The notes: generated by a model not told the origin, from the sequence alone. Shown: positions 37,372-46,973, numbered from the stretch's first letter. The stretch: DNA of 64,000 bases from Vulcanimicrobiota bacterium (GCA_963812155.1 CAWETW010000003.1:256001-320000); one strand, 5' to 3'. Program-made: numbers and translations.

Positions 37372-39642
37372 TCAATTGTCGTTCGGACAGCCATTCGATG
37401 GCGTGGTGGCCGGCAGCAGGTTGAAGGTCGTTACGACGCTCGGGGGCGAGCCGAAGGGTTGGAAGCGCCAATAGCAGGTGCCCGAATTGTGCGGAGAGCC
37501 AAAATTGCCCGAGTTAAACAACGTCACCGACTGACTTGTTACGGGATTCGATAGCGTGACGCTCATTGCCTGAAGGTCCCAGTTATCGTTCGTTTCGAGC
37601 CCGTTATTGTGGTTGGTCAGCGTCAGCGTCATCGTGCCGTTGCCGCTGCGTATCCAGTTCGCGAAGCGGTTGGTGTAGGTGAGCGTTTGCGTCGACCAAC
37701 TGGGCCAGCCTTGGACGGCGTTGACGTCGCCGTAGAGGTTCCCGGTGCAAAGACCCGACGGCTTGCCGTTGTTGGAGCGCATGAGGCAGAACGGCTTGAG
37801 GTTCGAAACGCCTTTGAAGGAGACTTGCAGATCGGAATCGTTCCGCAAATCGTCGCTTCCGGTAAACACTACGAACTGCAGCTGCGTGAAATTCGTGGCC
37901 TGGCTCGGATTGAGCGCGGTGATGAGGCCGGCTTGCGGACTGCCCCAGCCCGTGACCAAATCGTAGCCGGGCAGCGCGCTGAACGCGTTGTTATTGCCCG
38001 AAGTAATGTCGTGAAAGTCGGCGGCGTAGGGTCCGGCTTTTTGTGCGATCGTGTAGATCGGCGGATCCGGAAACCCGAGCAGTGGGTTGCCCATGCTGAC
38101 CGCCAGTTGATTGACCAACGATGTGTAGGCGGCCCACAGCGGCGACGAAATGCTCGTACCGTTCGCCACGAGAGCCTGTCCCTCGTTGGCGATCAAGAAC
38201 ACGTTGTCCGCGACCATCGCGACGTCGGGGACCATGCGCCTATGCGTCGTCGAACCTCGCGCAAGCTTGACGCCGTGCTGAAACGGCGGCTCGTACTGTG
38301 TTTTCTCGACGCCGCCGCCGCTGCCGGACCAGGCTGTTTCCGACTGCCACCGCGAATCCGCGTTCAGCGTGAGTTCGGTGCCGCCGACGACGACCGTATT
38401 CGACATGTCGCGATCGTCCTTCGTATCTTTCAAGAAACCGCCGCCGTCTCCCGACGAGACGAAAAAGCTCTGCCCTTGCAACGCCAGCTGGTCCACCAGC
38501 TGCTGCGACGTCGGGTCGACGCCGAAGGTCCACGACACGCTGAACTGGCTGCACGGACTCGACGTCATGGCGGAAAGAATCGAATCCGTCAAGCTGCCTT
38601 CAAAGACGAAGATGTTGCTCACGCTCGACGCCATCGCTTGAGCAACCTCGATGTCGAGCGCGGTCTCCACTTCGCCGGTGCCGACCACCGGCTGACCGTT
38701 ATAACCGTCCAGTAGAATCGGTTGCGGCGGAAGCTGCGGCAGGCCGAATTCCGTCTGATACGCGCTAATGTCGGAGGGGAAGAAGCTCGAATCGAACTCC
38801 GCCAGTCCGATGCATTGGCCGGAGCCGTGTTGCGATGCGTTCGTGGCGTAGGCATTGTGGAAATCCGAACCGGCAAACGTTCCGCCGGGGCCGGACGAGT
38901 TCGGCCGAACGCGCTGGTGCGTTCGAAGGTTTCCAATAGGCACGATCGATGCGATTGCCGGTTTGGGAACGTCTTCGTTGTCGAGGCCCGCAACGTGCAA
39001 GATCGGCGTTCGTAACGCGAGCGCCGGCTCGTTGCTCGGCGCAAAAAACAGCGATCCGTCCGGTCGCCGGCGCGTCTGCAGTGTGAGATGGAACGCCCGC
39101 TGGATCGCCGCGACGCTTCCGTCGACATCGATCACTATGCGATTTTGGTACGTCCGCGTGACCGTGAGACCCGCGCCCCGCACGAAAGCGACGACGGATT
39201 GATAGTCGCCGGAGCTCGGGCTGAACTTGGCTTGAAACTCGGCCGGAGTCAAGAAACGGCGGTAGTTTCCGCTTCGCGGATCGGCAACGCCCTGGAGCAG
39301 CGTGCCGGCCGCGGCCCGATCGCGCACTGGTAAACCGATTGCAAGGTGCAGTTGTTGCCGTAACGGCAGCGTTCCGACCAGCGGTGCACTCAGCATCTCG
39401 GGCCGGATGTGTCCGCGCACGATCTGCACGCCGCGCTGCAAAGGCCGATATCGAACGGAGCTCGATTGTACCGAACCCACTTGAATCTGCGACTCTTGCG
39501 CAGCCGGCTGTGCCGGTTCCGGGACCGCATTGAGATGGCTTCCGCTGCAGCCGGCAAACGTGCCGGCGGCGACCAATGCGAAGGCCGCCGTAAATCGAAG
39601 GCCGGCGCGCCGGCGGGCGGCGCCTATCCTGCTTCGTTCCAT
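37372..39642 (-). CDS. S53 (sedolisin/kumamolisin) serine peptidase lipoprotein with C-terminal extension
   Basis: Lipobox FAGC, pro-domain, ETALDIE, SSGDGG, NGTSISSP, GYDLVTGWGSP; AAGGAG RBS. Confidence 0.88.
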   Translation of the reverse strand: MERSRIGAARRRAGLRFTAAFALVAAGTFAGCSGSHLNAVPEPAQPAAQESQIQVGSVQSSSVRYRPLQRGVQIVRGHIRPEMLSAPLVGTLPLRQQLHLAIGLPVRDRAAAGTLLQGVADPRSGNYRRFLTPAEFQAKFSPSSGDYQSVVAFVRGAGLTVTRTYQNRIVIDVDGSVAAIQRAFHLTLQTRRRPDGSLFFAPSNEPALALRTPILHVAGLDNEDVPKPAIASIVPIGNLRTHQRVRPNSSGPGGTFAGSDFHNAYATNASQHGSGQCIGLAEFDSSFFPSDISAYQTEFGLPQLPPQPILLDGYNGQPVVGTGEVETALDIEVAQAMASSVSNIFVFEGSLTDSILSAMTSSPCSQFSVSWTFGVDPTSQQLVDQLALQGQSFFVSSGDGGGFLKDTKDDRDMSNTVVVGGTELTLNADSRWQSETAWSGSGGGVEKTQYEPPFQHGVKLARGSTTHRRMVPDVAMVADNVFLIANEGQALVANGTSISSPLWAAYTSLVNQLAVSMGNPLLGFPDPPIYTIAQKAGPYAADFHDITSGNNNAFSALPGYDLVTGWGSPQAGLITALNPSQATNFTQLQFVVFTGSDDLRNDSDLQVSFKGVSNLKPFCLMRSNNGKPSGLCTGNLYGDVNAVQGWPSWSTQTLTYTNRFANWIRSGNGTMTLTLTNHNNGLETNDNWDLQAMSVTLSNPVTSQSVTLFNSGNFGSPHNSGTCYWRFQPFGSPPSVVTTFNLLPATTPSNGCPNDN

Positions 39643-39693
39643 AGGTTGCTCCTTGTGCTCCATCGGTTACACCCGCTCTGCGGGAATGGTGCT

Positions 39694-39763
39694 ACGATAG
39701 CGGATCGAACGTCTCAAAACCGTCTCGGCGTGAGACGCAGTCGAGACGGAGCGCGGCTACCAT
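39694..39763. promoter_or_regulatory. Divergent promoter pair around a palindromic four-box operator
   Basis: CGTCTC at 39710 and 39721, GAGACG at 39732 and 39743. -10-like hexamers: TACCAT (39758-39763, +) and TATCGT (39699-39694, -). Confidence 0.7.
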
Positions 39764-39769
39764 GGGTGC

Positions 39770-39967
39770 ATGCGATACCGGCCGGCGCGAGTCGAACGCC
39801 TTTTCGTCGTACGCATTTGGCGCGAGGAGGGCGCCGTGCCGCGAACGTTCCGGGGCAGCGTCCACGACGTCGAGGAGGGGCGGCGGCTCGGATTCGCGAC
39901 GCTCGGAGAGCTCGAGGACGTGCTACTGCGCCAGCTGCGACTTGGAGTCGCCGGCGAAGGCCCGTAA
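39770..39967 (+). CDS. Small hypothetical protein (65 aa)
   Basis: LFVVRIWREE...FRGSVHDVEEGRRLGFATLGELEDVL; ATG 6 nt after TACCAT. Confidence 0.65.
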   Translation: MRYRPARVERLFVVRIWREEGAVPRTFRGSVHDVEEGRRLGFATLGELEDVLLRQLRLGVAGEGP

Positions 39968-42900
39968 GAGTTGGACGTTGCCGGAAATGGCCGCGAACGC
40001 GGCACGGTCGGCGTCGGCTCGAAGCATTTTATCTTGGGTAACGAACTGCTCGTGCGCGCGCCGCAGCGCCGCGCGATACTCCTGCGTGCGCCCAATCGCT
40101 GCAAACGCTTGGGCGACCGTCCAGAATGCCGAGGGCGGGATCGCCGTGGGGCATGCCTCGAGCCGTTGGAGTGCATCGCTCGCTAACGCCGCCGCGCGGA
40201 GGTCTCCGCCGAGCGCGCATGCGTGCGCGAACGCTGCGCTCACACGGGACGCCGAATCGGCCGCGCCGATTCGCAGTAGCTGCGCGTGGGCGCGCTCGAA
40301 CGCCTCGATGGCCTCCGCGGCGCGGCACAGGGCAACGAGCGCGACGCCGGCGCATCGCCATGCTTCCCCCTCGAGCAAAGCGTCCTGTCGCGCAGCCGCG
40401 TGCGCTGCGAGCGCGCGAGCACCCTCCAGCGCCGCGTCGTATTGAAAGCGTCGCAACGCGGCGTCGCATCGCAGCAGGTCGAGGCACTCACGTTGCGATG
40501 CCGCATCCGATTGGCCGACGAGTTCGTCCATTGCCGCCAGGGCGGCGTCCACGCGGTCGAGCCTTCCGACGTCGAGCTCCAGCGTCGCGAGGTTATTATA
40601 CGCGACCGCCGCGCCGTTCAGGTCGGTGTCGCGGTAGAGCTCGATGGCCTGCTTCAAATGGCGTCGTGCCTCGGCGACGCGAAAAAAGTGAACGAACGCT
40701 CCGCCGACCATCGCGTGAGCGCCGGCTGCGACTTCGCGATCGGAAACGCGCTCGGCTAGTTCGAAGAGTCCCGGCGCGGCGCGCACGACCTTCCCATACT
40801 CTTGTGCGAGCGTGTAAACCGTCATTTCGGTGTATGCGACGCGCATGCGCAGCAACGGCGATCCGTCGCGATCCGCCGTTTCGCTCGCTCGTGCTAAGCA
40901 CGCTCGTGCCTCCTCACTCCGGCCGAGCGTGGCTGCAACGTGCGCCTGTAACGTTAGCGTCGACACGAGCACGCGAGAATCCGCGGCCTCGACGGCTCGC
41001 GCCGTCGCGCAGGCGACGATATCGTAGGCTTGCTCTCGCGAGCCGGCGTCGACCAGCAGCACCGCATCGTCGCGCAGAGCGACGGCTTCCCAGAAGGGAT
41101 CGCCCGCAGCCAGCCGCTTCAACTCCTCTACCGCAGTGCGCGCCTGTGGGTACTCGCCGAAATAGCGGTGCAAGCTTTCGCGCCGGCGACAGGCTTCCAA
41201 CATGCACCCACGTTCGCCCAACGCGGCGGCGAGAGCGGTTAACTCGTCCAGAACGATTCGCTGCGTCGCGCGGTCGCCGACGCGCTCGCAAACTTCTTCG
41301 CGCAGCGCGAGGAGATCGAACCGCAATACGCCGCCGCCGCCGGCCAATTCGAGACCGCGCGCCGCAAATGCGAGTGACTCGTCGTTGGCGAAGACGCCTG
41401 CCGCCGCACGCGCCGCGCGGAGATAGTGCTCCGCGGCTTCTTCGGGCTCGCCTCCCAGGTCGAAGTGACGAGCGACGAAAGCGCTCAGGTCGTCCATACG
41501 CGACGCGTACCAATGCGACGCAGCTCGAGCGGTGCGTCGATGCCAGCGCCGCCGCTGGGCATCGTCGAGTCCTTCGTACACCGCGGTCGCGACGAGTTCG
41601 TGCGCAAACTCGAACCCGAAACCGGCGCTCGGCGTTTCTCTGATCGCGCGGCGCGCGACGAGGTCGTCGGCAGCGTGCGCCAGCTGCGCTTCGTTCCATC
41701 CGATGATTTCGCCGACGATCTCGAGGTCGAAGGCCGTGCCCACAACGGATGCGGCATCGAGGAGAAAGCGCGACGCCGTCGTTAGGTGAGTGAGCCTTTC
41801 GGCGATGACGTCGTGCAAGCGTGCCGAGATCGGCGCATCGCTCCGACCGGTCTCGACGCGTGCGTTGAGCAGCTCCGTGAGAAAGAGCGGATGGCCGGCA
41901 GCGGTCGAGACCAGACGTTCCACGTGCGCGTCGCGCGCGGCGAGCAGCTTGGAATCCTTGACGATGGCGACGGCGGCTTCGCCAGAGATCGGCCCGAGTG
42001 AAATAACCAACGGCTTTGCACCGCGGAGCGGTCGCCGCAGGCGTCCGATATCGGCGGCGGGCAGCGCATCGCTGCTGCGCGTGACGGCGACGATCAAGAT
42101 CGGCGATGCCGAGCATGCTTCCTTGAGATACTCCACCATCGCGAGCGTGGCCGGTCCGGCATGGTGCAGGTCTTCGAAAACGATCAACGCGGGACGCTCG
42201 TTCGCGAGCGCGCGCAGCACGGTTGCCGCTGCGTCGAACACCTTCACCCGTTGACCGGAACTCGGCACGGTTTCGGAACGTTCCGTGCCGGCAATTTCGG
42301 GAAGCAGCAGCGCAAGTAACGCGCGCTGCGTCGTTTCGAGGCAGGATGGATCGACGAAGCCCAACGCGGCGCGCAGCACCTCGGTGACGGCCTGGTAAGG
42401 TGCGCGTTCCGGATACGACATCGAGCCCCAGAGAACGCGGCCGCGCCCTTCCAACCGCAGCGCAAACTCGGATGCCAAACGCGTCTTGCCGATTCCGGAC
42501 TCCCCGATGACGAGTGCAAAACCGCCGGCACCGCGCAGCGCCCGTTCCCACGCGTCCTCGAGCTTCGCCATTTCCGCATCGCGGCCACCGAAGGGCAGTT
42601 CGCGCGGCGCGGCTCGGTGCTCCGGCGTCGCGGTTCGCAGGGGAACCGTCGGCAACGTATCGCCGCGTTCGATCGCCCGCCGAAGGGCAATCGTTTCGGG
42701 CATGAGCGACACGCCCATCTCGCGTTGGAGCTCCCGTTCGAACTGCATGCAGGCTTGCAGCGCGGAACTGCGGTCGCCGGCGTCGCAGTACGCCGCCATC
42801 AACGCGCGCAGCGCGTCTTCCCGCCACGGATCGTCGTCCAATATTTTTCGCAGATACCGTTCCGCGCTTGCCGAGTCTCGGCGGCTGCGCGCTTGCAGCG

Positions 42901-43357
42901 CAAGCTCCCACACGGCGGACACGTACGCCCGATGAAATTGCTCTCGCGCGGCGACGGCCCAATCGTCGTACGATCCCGGAAGCAGTTCGGCGTAACGGTC
43001 GACCGCCGATTCCAAGAGTCCCGGGTCGGCGCAACGGCGCTCGAAGTCGTCGGTGTCAACCTCAACCGCGGCAGCCGGATTCCACTCAAGCGTCCGTCTA
43101 TTGGCGAGAATCCATGGTACCGCCGCGTCCGGTAACGCATCGCGAAGATACTGAAGATGGCGGCGCAGGTTCGAGCGTGCGGCGTCCTCGGTGTCGTCGG
43201 GCCAGAGTGCAAACGCTACGCTATCGCGTGCGACCGGCTGGCGGCAGTTGAGGAGCAGGTAGGCAAGCAGCGGCGCAACTTTCGGCCGGCTCGCCAGCCG
43301 AATATCCTTGCCGTTGAGGCGTAACCGCACGCCGCCGAAGAGAGAAACGCCGAGCAT
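39923..43357 (-). CDS. AfsR/SARP-family regulator (wHTH-BTAD, STAND AAA ATPase, TPR)
   Basis: LLAYLLL...R..VAFALWPD...ARSNLR; BTAD DPWRE...LM; Walker A GESGIGKT; Walker B FEDLH; FAHEL; helical repeats. Confidence 0.9.
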   Translation of the reverse strand: MLGVSLFGGVRLRLNGKDIRLASRPKVAPLLAYLLLNCRQPVARDSVAFALWPDDTEDAARSNLRRHLQYLRDALPDAAVPWILANRRTLEWNPAAAVEVDTDDFERRCADPGLLESAVDRYAELLPGSYDDWAVAAREQFHRAYVSAVWELALQARSRRDSASAERYLRKILDDDPWREDALRALMAAYCDAGDRSSALQACMQFERELQREMGVSLMPETIALRRAIERGDTLPTVPLRTATPEHRAAPRELPFGGRDAEMAKLEDAWERALRGAGGFALVIGESGIGKTRLASEFALRLEGRGRVLWGSMSYPERAPYQAVTEVLRAALGFVDPSCLETTQRALLALLLPEIAGTERSETVPSSGQRVKVFDAAATVLRALANERPALIVFEDLHHAGPATLAMVEYLKEACSASPILIVAVTRSSDALPAADIGRLRRPLRGAKPLVISLGPISGEAAVAIVKDSKLLAARDAHVERLVSTAAGHPLFLTELLNARVETGRSDAPISARLHDVIAERLTHLTTASRFLLDAASVVGTAFDLEIVGEIIGWNEAQLAHAADDLVARRAIRETPSAGFGFEFAHELVATAVYEGLDDAQRRRWHRRTARAASHWYASRMDDLSAFVARHFDLGGEPEEAAEHYLRAARAAAGVFANDESLAFAARGLELAGGGGVLRFDLLALREEVCERVGDRATQRIVLDELTALAAALGERGCMLEACRRRESLHRYFGEYPQARTAVEELKRLAAGDPFWEAVALRDDAVLLVDAGSREQAYDIVACATARAVEAADSRVLVSTLTLQAHVAATLGRSEEARACLARASETADRDGSPLLRMRVAYTEMTVYTLAQEYGKVVRAAPGLFELAERVSDREVAAGAHAMVGGAFVHFFRVAEARRHLKQAIELYRDTDLNGAAVAYNNLATLELDVGRLDRVDAALAAMDELVGQSDAASQRECLDLLRCDAALRRFQYDAALEGARALAAHAAARQDALLEGEAWRCAGVALVALCRAAEAIEAFERAHAQLLRIGAADSASRVSAAFAHACALGGDLRAAALASDALQRLEACPTAIPPSAFWTVAQAFAAIGRTQEYRAALRRAHEQFVTQDKMLRADADRAAFAAISGNVQLLRAFAGDSKSQLAQ

Positions 43358-43479
43358 CGTCTGCCGCAACGAAGCTTCGACGCGTGACGCCTGTCTTCAG
43401 CTCGCTATGTCAGCAAAACGACATACAACACGGTGCCCGCCCTGATAATATTTTGCCCGCACATGCCGGCGACTCGTTG

Positions 43480-43722
43480 ATGCCAAGCAAATCACATTCG
43501 CTCACTGCCATGCGCCAATCAAAGCGAAAATGGTCAAAAGTTTCCGCTGCCGAGCGGCGCGTATGCGAAGCACCAGGCTGTAGTGTCGTCGCGCGACAAC
43601 GCTGCAAGCAGCTCAACTGCAACCATCAGTTTTGCGAACGGCACAAGGGCGCGCATTCTCAGACGCACAGCCTTCAAAAAGAAGAAGGCCCAGCGCGAGG
43701 CGCCCATCTACTAAAGCCCTAG
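43480..43722 (+). CDS. Small Cys/His-rich protein, AN1-type zinc-finger-like
   Basis: CEAPGC-x7-CKQLNC-NHQF-CERH-KGAH-SQTH; start uncertain. Confidence 0.5.
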   Translation: MPSKSHSLTAMRQSKRKWSKVSAAERRVCEAPGCSVVARQRCKQLNCNHQFCERHKGAHSQTHSLQKEEGPARGAHLLKP

Positions 43723-43772
43723 TTGACAAAGCCGCGGTCGGGCGGTATCCTACTACTAAACTGTTAGTAGTA
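43723..43772 (+). promoter_or_regulatory. Sigma70 promoter with BlaI-type palindromic operator
   Basis: TTGACA (43723), 17 nt, TATCCT (43746), then TACTACTAA-ACTG-TTAGTAGTA (43751-43772). Confidence 0.85.
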
Positions 43773-43782
43773 CGGAGTGAGG

Positions 43783-44169
43783 ATGCCGCGTAGGAAACCC
43801 AAGCCGCTCACGAAGGCCGAGCTGAAAATCATGGAAGTCCTGTGGGAGAAGCGTCGCGCGACCGTCGCCGACGTCGCGGCCGCGCTCCCGCCGCCGGCGC
43901 TGGCCTATACCACGGTTTTGACGATGCTGCGGATTCTGGAGCAGAAGAAGGTCGTCAGCCACAGCACGAACGGCCGCGCTCACGTCTACTTGCCGCTCAT
44001 CGAGCGCGATGACGCCGCCACGTCGGCGATCGGCGACCTCGTGCGCTCGTTTTTTTCCGATAGCCGGACCGCCTTGGCGGTGCGCTTGATGGCCGAGGAA
44101 CGTCCGTCGCAAGACGAGCTCGAGTCGATTAAGACGTTGATCGCTCGATATGAAGAGGAGCACGCGTGA
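43783..44169 (+). CDS. BlaI/MecI/CopY family repressor
   Basis: LTKAELKIMEVLW, LAYTTVLTMLRILEQK, GRAHVY. Confidence 0.92.
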   Translation: MPRRKPKPLTKAELKIMEVLWEKRRATVADVAAALPPPALAYTTVLTMLRILEQKKVVSHSTNGRAHVYLPLIERDDAATSAIGDLVRSFFSDSRTALAVRLMAEERPSQDELESIKTLIARYEEEHA

Positions 44170-46028
44170 TGCCGTTCGTCGATGCCGCCGTCCGATTCCT
44201 CATCGAAGTACTGTTCAACGGCCTGTGGGTCGCGGCTTTGCTTGCGATCGTGGCGTGGCTTGCGCTGCGCGCAATGCCGAACGGCAACGCGACGACGCGC
44301 CACTCGGTGTTGGCTGCGGCCCTGTACGCAAGCTTGGTCCTTCCCGTCATCGCGGCGCTTCTCACGACGCTACCGCGCGTCCACGGAAATCCGACGCCGC
44401 AAACGCACTCCAGCTTCGCTGTACGGAATGCGGTTTCGAGCGGAGCCGGCACTCTCGGAGCGCGGTCGCAGCGCGTTGCCCGCCCGACGTCGCTTCAAAG
44501 CGCTTTGGGAAGCGCCACGCCGGCGATGGCGTCCAAACCGGCTCTCGTGCGACCCAACCTCGCGCTTCCGCGCACGTTGGCGCTCGCGATCGTTGCAATC
44601 TGGCTGCTAGGCGTCGCCGTAGTTTTATTGCGTCTGATCTTGAGCCTGCGTCACCTCGAGCGCCTCAAGAGCGACGCACTTCCGGTCCCAATCGAGTATC
44701 GCGCTCGTCTCCGCCGTTGGTCGGCCGTCACCAAGGGGTCGCGTAACGTCCGCCTTTGCCGCTCCAGTGAGATCGCCGTTCCAATCGCCGTAGGTCTGTT
44801 CGATGCCATGATTCTCATTCCCGATCGTTTGCTTGAGGAACTCACGCCCGACGACATCGACAGCATCGTACTCCACGAGCTCGCCCACTTACGGCGCGGC
44901 GACGATTGGATTAACGCCGTCGAACGGATCGCGCAGGCAGCATTGTTTTTCAGCCCGGGCGTTTTGTGGCTGGTCTCGCAGCTCGACCTCGAGCGCGAAG
45001 TGGCCTGCGACGATTGGGTTCTCCAGCAGAACAAAGCGTTGCCGTATGCTAGTTGCCTGGCGCGAATCGTCGAGAGCGTCTCCTGGCCATATCGTGCGAT
45101 TTCGGCTCCGGGCGCGTTCGTCACGCGCCGCGGGATGTCGGTTCGCATCGAACGGCTCCTCGCATCGCACCGCGACGTGCGCGTGCGCACATCGCTCGGC
45201 CCGACCGGGTTGACGATCGCCGCGCTAGGCGCCCTTTGCATCGGTGCTGCCTTCGTCGCGCCCTCCTTCGCGTATACCACGAGCGGCGCGCTCGGCCCGA
45301 TAGCCGCGGCGACTGCGAAGCCGGCAACGCAAAAGGTGAGCGCCAAGCCAAACGTGCCCGCCGCACGGGTGACGACGTCGTCTAAGCCTTTAGCGGCGCA
45401 ATCGCCACGAGCAGCGTTACGAGCTGCGACGGTCGTAGCCACTGTGACGGCGGCACCTGCAGCTACTCAAAATCGAGCGCGCCCGCCCTACCGCATCCTG
45501 CTCGCTCCGCCACGCCAGTCAACGATCGTTGCCGTTACCAGCAGTTCCGACGAATCGATCGGGCATGCAATCGAGGTCGCGGCCAACTCGCCCGACTACA
45601 TCGACTCGCTGGCAAGCGTCGGCTACACGAATCTCTCGATCGACGATCTCGTACGGCTTAAGGCCGTCGGCGTCACCGCCGACTACATACGCGCACTTCA
45701 AGATGCCGGGCTGCCGCATCCGTCGGTTCAAGAATTGATTCGCCTTCGGGCGATTGGCGTGCAGCCCGACTATATTCGCGCGATGCGCGCTCGCTTCGGC
45801 GCCGCGACGTCTTTCGAACAAATCGCGCGTTTGAGGGCCGTCGGCGTGACCGATGCGTACGTGCGCGATCTTGCTGGCGCCGGCTATCCGAATCTGACCG
45901 TCGAGGACGTTACGCGGCTGCGGGCAATGGGCATCTCTTCGAGCTACATCGCGCTGGCGGCGTCGCACGGGATGCGCAACCTCACGGTCGAGCAACTTAT
46001 CCGCCTGAAAGCGAGCGGGATTCTATGA
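44169..46028 (+). CDS. M56 family (BlaR1-like) membrane metallopeptidase with C-terminal 29-aa repeats
   Basis: TM helices, HELAHLRRGD, EREVACDD, RIERLL; Ala/Pro/Thr linker; five repeats. Confidence 0.88.
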   Translation: MPFVDAAVRFLIEVLFNGLWVAALLAIVAWLALRAMPNGNATTRHSVLAAALYASLVLPVIAALLTTLPRVHGNPTPQTHSSFAVRNAVSSGAGTLGARSQRVARPTSLQSALGSATPAMASKPALVRPNLALPRTLALAIVAIWLLGVAVVLLRLILSLRHLERLKSDALPVPIEYRARLRRWSAVTKGSRNVRLCRSSEIAVPIAVGLFDAMILIPDRLLEELTPDDIDSIVLHELAHLRRGDDWINAVERIAQAALFFSPGVLWLVSQLDLEREVACDDWVLQQNKALPYASCLARIVESVSWPYRAISAPGAFVTRRGMSVRIERLLASHRDVRVRTSLGPTGLTIAALGALCIGAAFVAPSFAYTTSGALGPIAAATAKPATQKVSAKPNVPAARVTTSSKPLAAQSPRAALRAATVVATVTAAPAATQNRARPPYRILLAPPRQSTIVAVTSSSDESIGHAIEVAANSPDYIDSLASVGYTNLSIDDLVRLKAVGVTADYIRALQDAGLPHPSVQELIRLRAIGVQPDYIRAMRARFGAATSFEQIARLRAVGVTDAYVRDLAGAGYPNLTVEDVTRLRAMGISSSYIALAASHGMRNLTVEQLIRLKASGIL

Positions 46029-46882
46029 TCGCTCGCTTCGCGGTCGCTCTCGCCGGTGCGTTCGCGCTCCTGGCAGCGACGTCACAGTCGCCGCTCGACG
46101 GAACGTGGTCGCTGGAACCCGGGGGTTCCGCCGGCATGGTGAACATCCAGTTCCGCAGCACGGATGCGAGCGCAAAGGAAGATTTCCAGAGCGCGTTCGA
46201 CGTGAGCGCGCAAGAACTCGGAATCTCGGCCGCGCAACTCGCTTCGCAAAACGGCGACGTCGCATTTACCTGGGCGCGCGAGGCCGGATCGTTCGCGTGT
46301 AGGGGCCGGCTGTCGGGAGGCAAGGGAGGCGGTACGTTTGCCTTCACCCCGAGTCCGGAGTATTTGTCAAAGATGCGCGCCGCCGGCTACGATCTGACGT
46401 CGCCGCGCGATCAGATGGTCGCGGCCATACTGGACATCAGCACGGTCTACGTCGCAGCGATTGCCGCCGCAGGATATCCGCATCTGCCGTTTCATACGTT
46501 GATCGCATTTCGCGCGCTAAGAATCGACGACGCCTACGTGCGTGCGATGCGCGCGGCCTTTGGCTCTGCCGGCCTCACTCCAGACGAGGTCATCTCCTTG
46601 CAGGCTCTTCGCGTTACGCCGGGATACGTTGCGGATATGCGCGCCGCCGGCGTCGCGATCGCTACTGCCCAAGATGCAATACGAATGCGCGCGCTCAAAG
46701 TCGACGCCGCATACGTGCGTTCGATGGCGGCCGTCGGCTACACGCACCTGTCGTCCGAGGAACTCGTTCGACTGCGCGCCCTCCGCATCGATGCGGCCTA
46801 CGTCAAACGCGTGCAAGCCCATGGGTTCGCCAATCTGAGCGTCGACCAGTTAGTGCGCCTCAAGGCGATGAACGTGATCTGA
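46025..46882 (+). CDS. Secreted protein with six 29-30-aa repeats of the same type
   Basis: Signal peptide; REAG.F...G......G.F.FTP, then Y...M.A.GY..L....L..LRAL.ID repeats. Confidence 0.75.
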   Translation: MIARFAVALAGAFALLAATSQSPLDGTWSLEPGGSAGMVNIQFRSTDASAKEDFQSAFDVSAQELGISAAQLASQNGDVAFTWAREAGSFACRGRLSGGKGGGTFAFTPSPEYLSKMRAAGYDLTSPRDQMVAAILDISTVYVAAIAAAGYPHLPFHTLIAFRALRIDDAYVRAMRAAFGSAGLTPDEVISLQALRVTPGYVADMRAAGVAIATAQDAIRMRALKVDAAYVRSMAAVGYTHLSSEELVRLRALRIDAAYVKRVQAHGFANLSVDQLVRLKAMNVI

Positions 46883-46973
46883 CGTGGCCTGAGAATCTTA
46901 ATCGCATTCTCAGATCTTCGGCGTAGGCTCCAGCGGGTGGGAGAGTCTCGAGATTGAACTGGAGAAGGAACTC

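Noticed and set aside
30189..43400. Active integrative element or prophage at selC
   Set aside because: No integrase, attR duplication, or phage or conjugation genes were seen.
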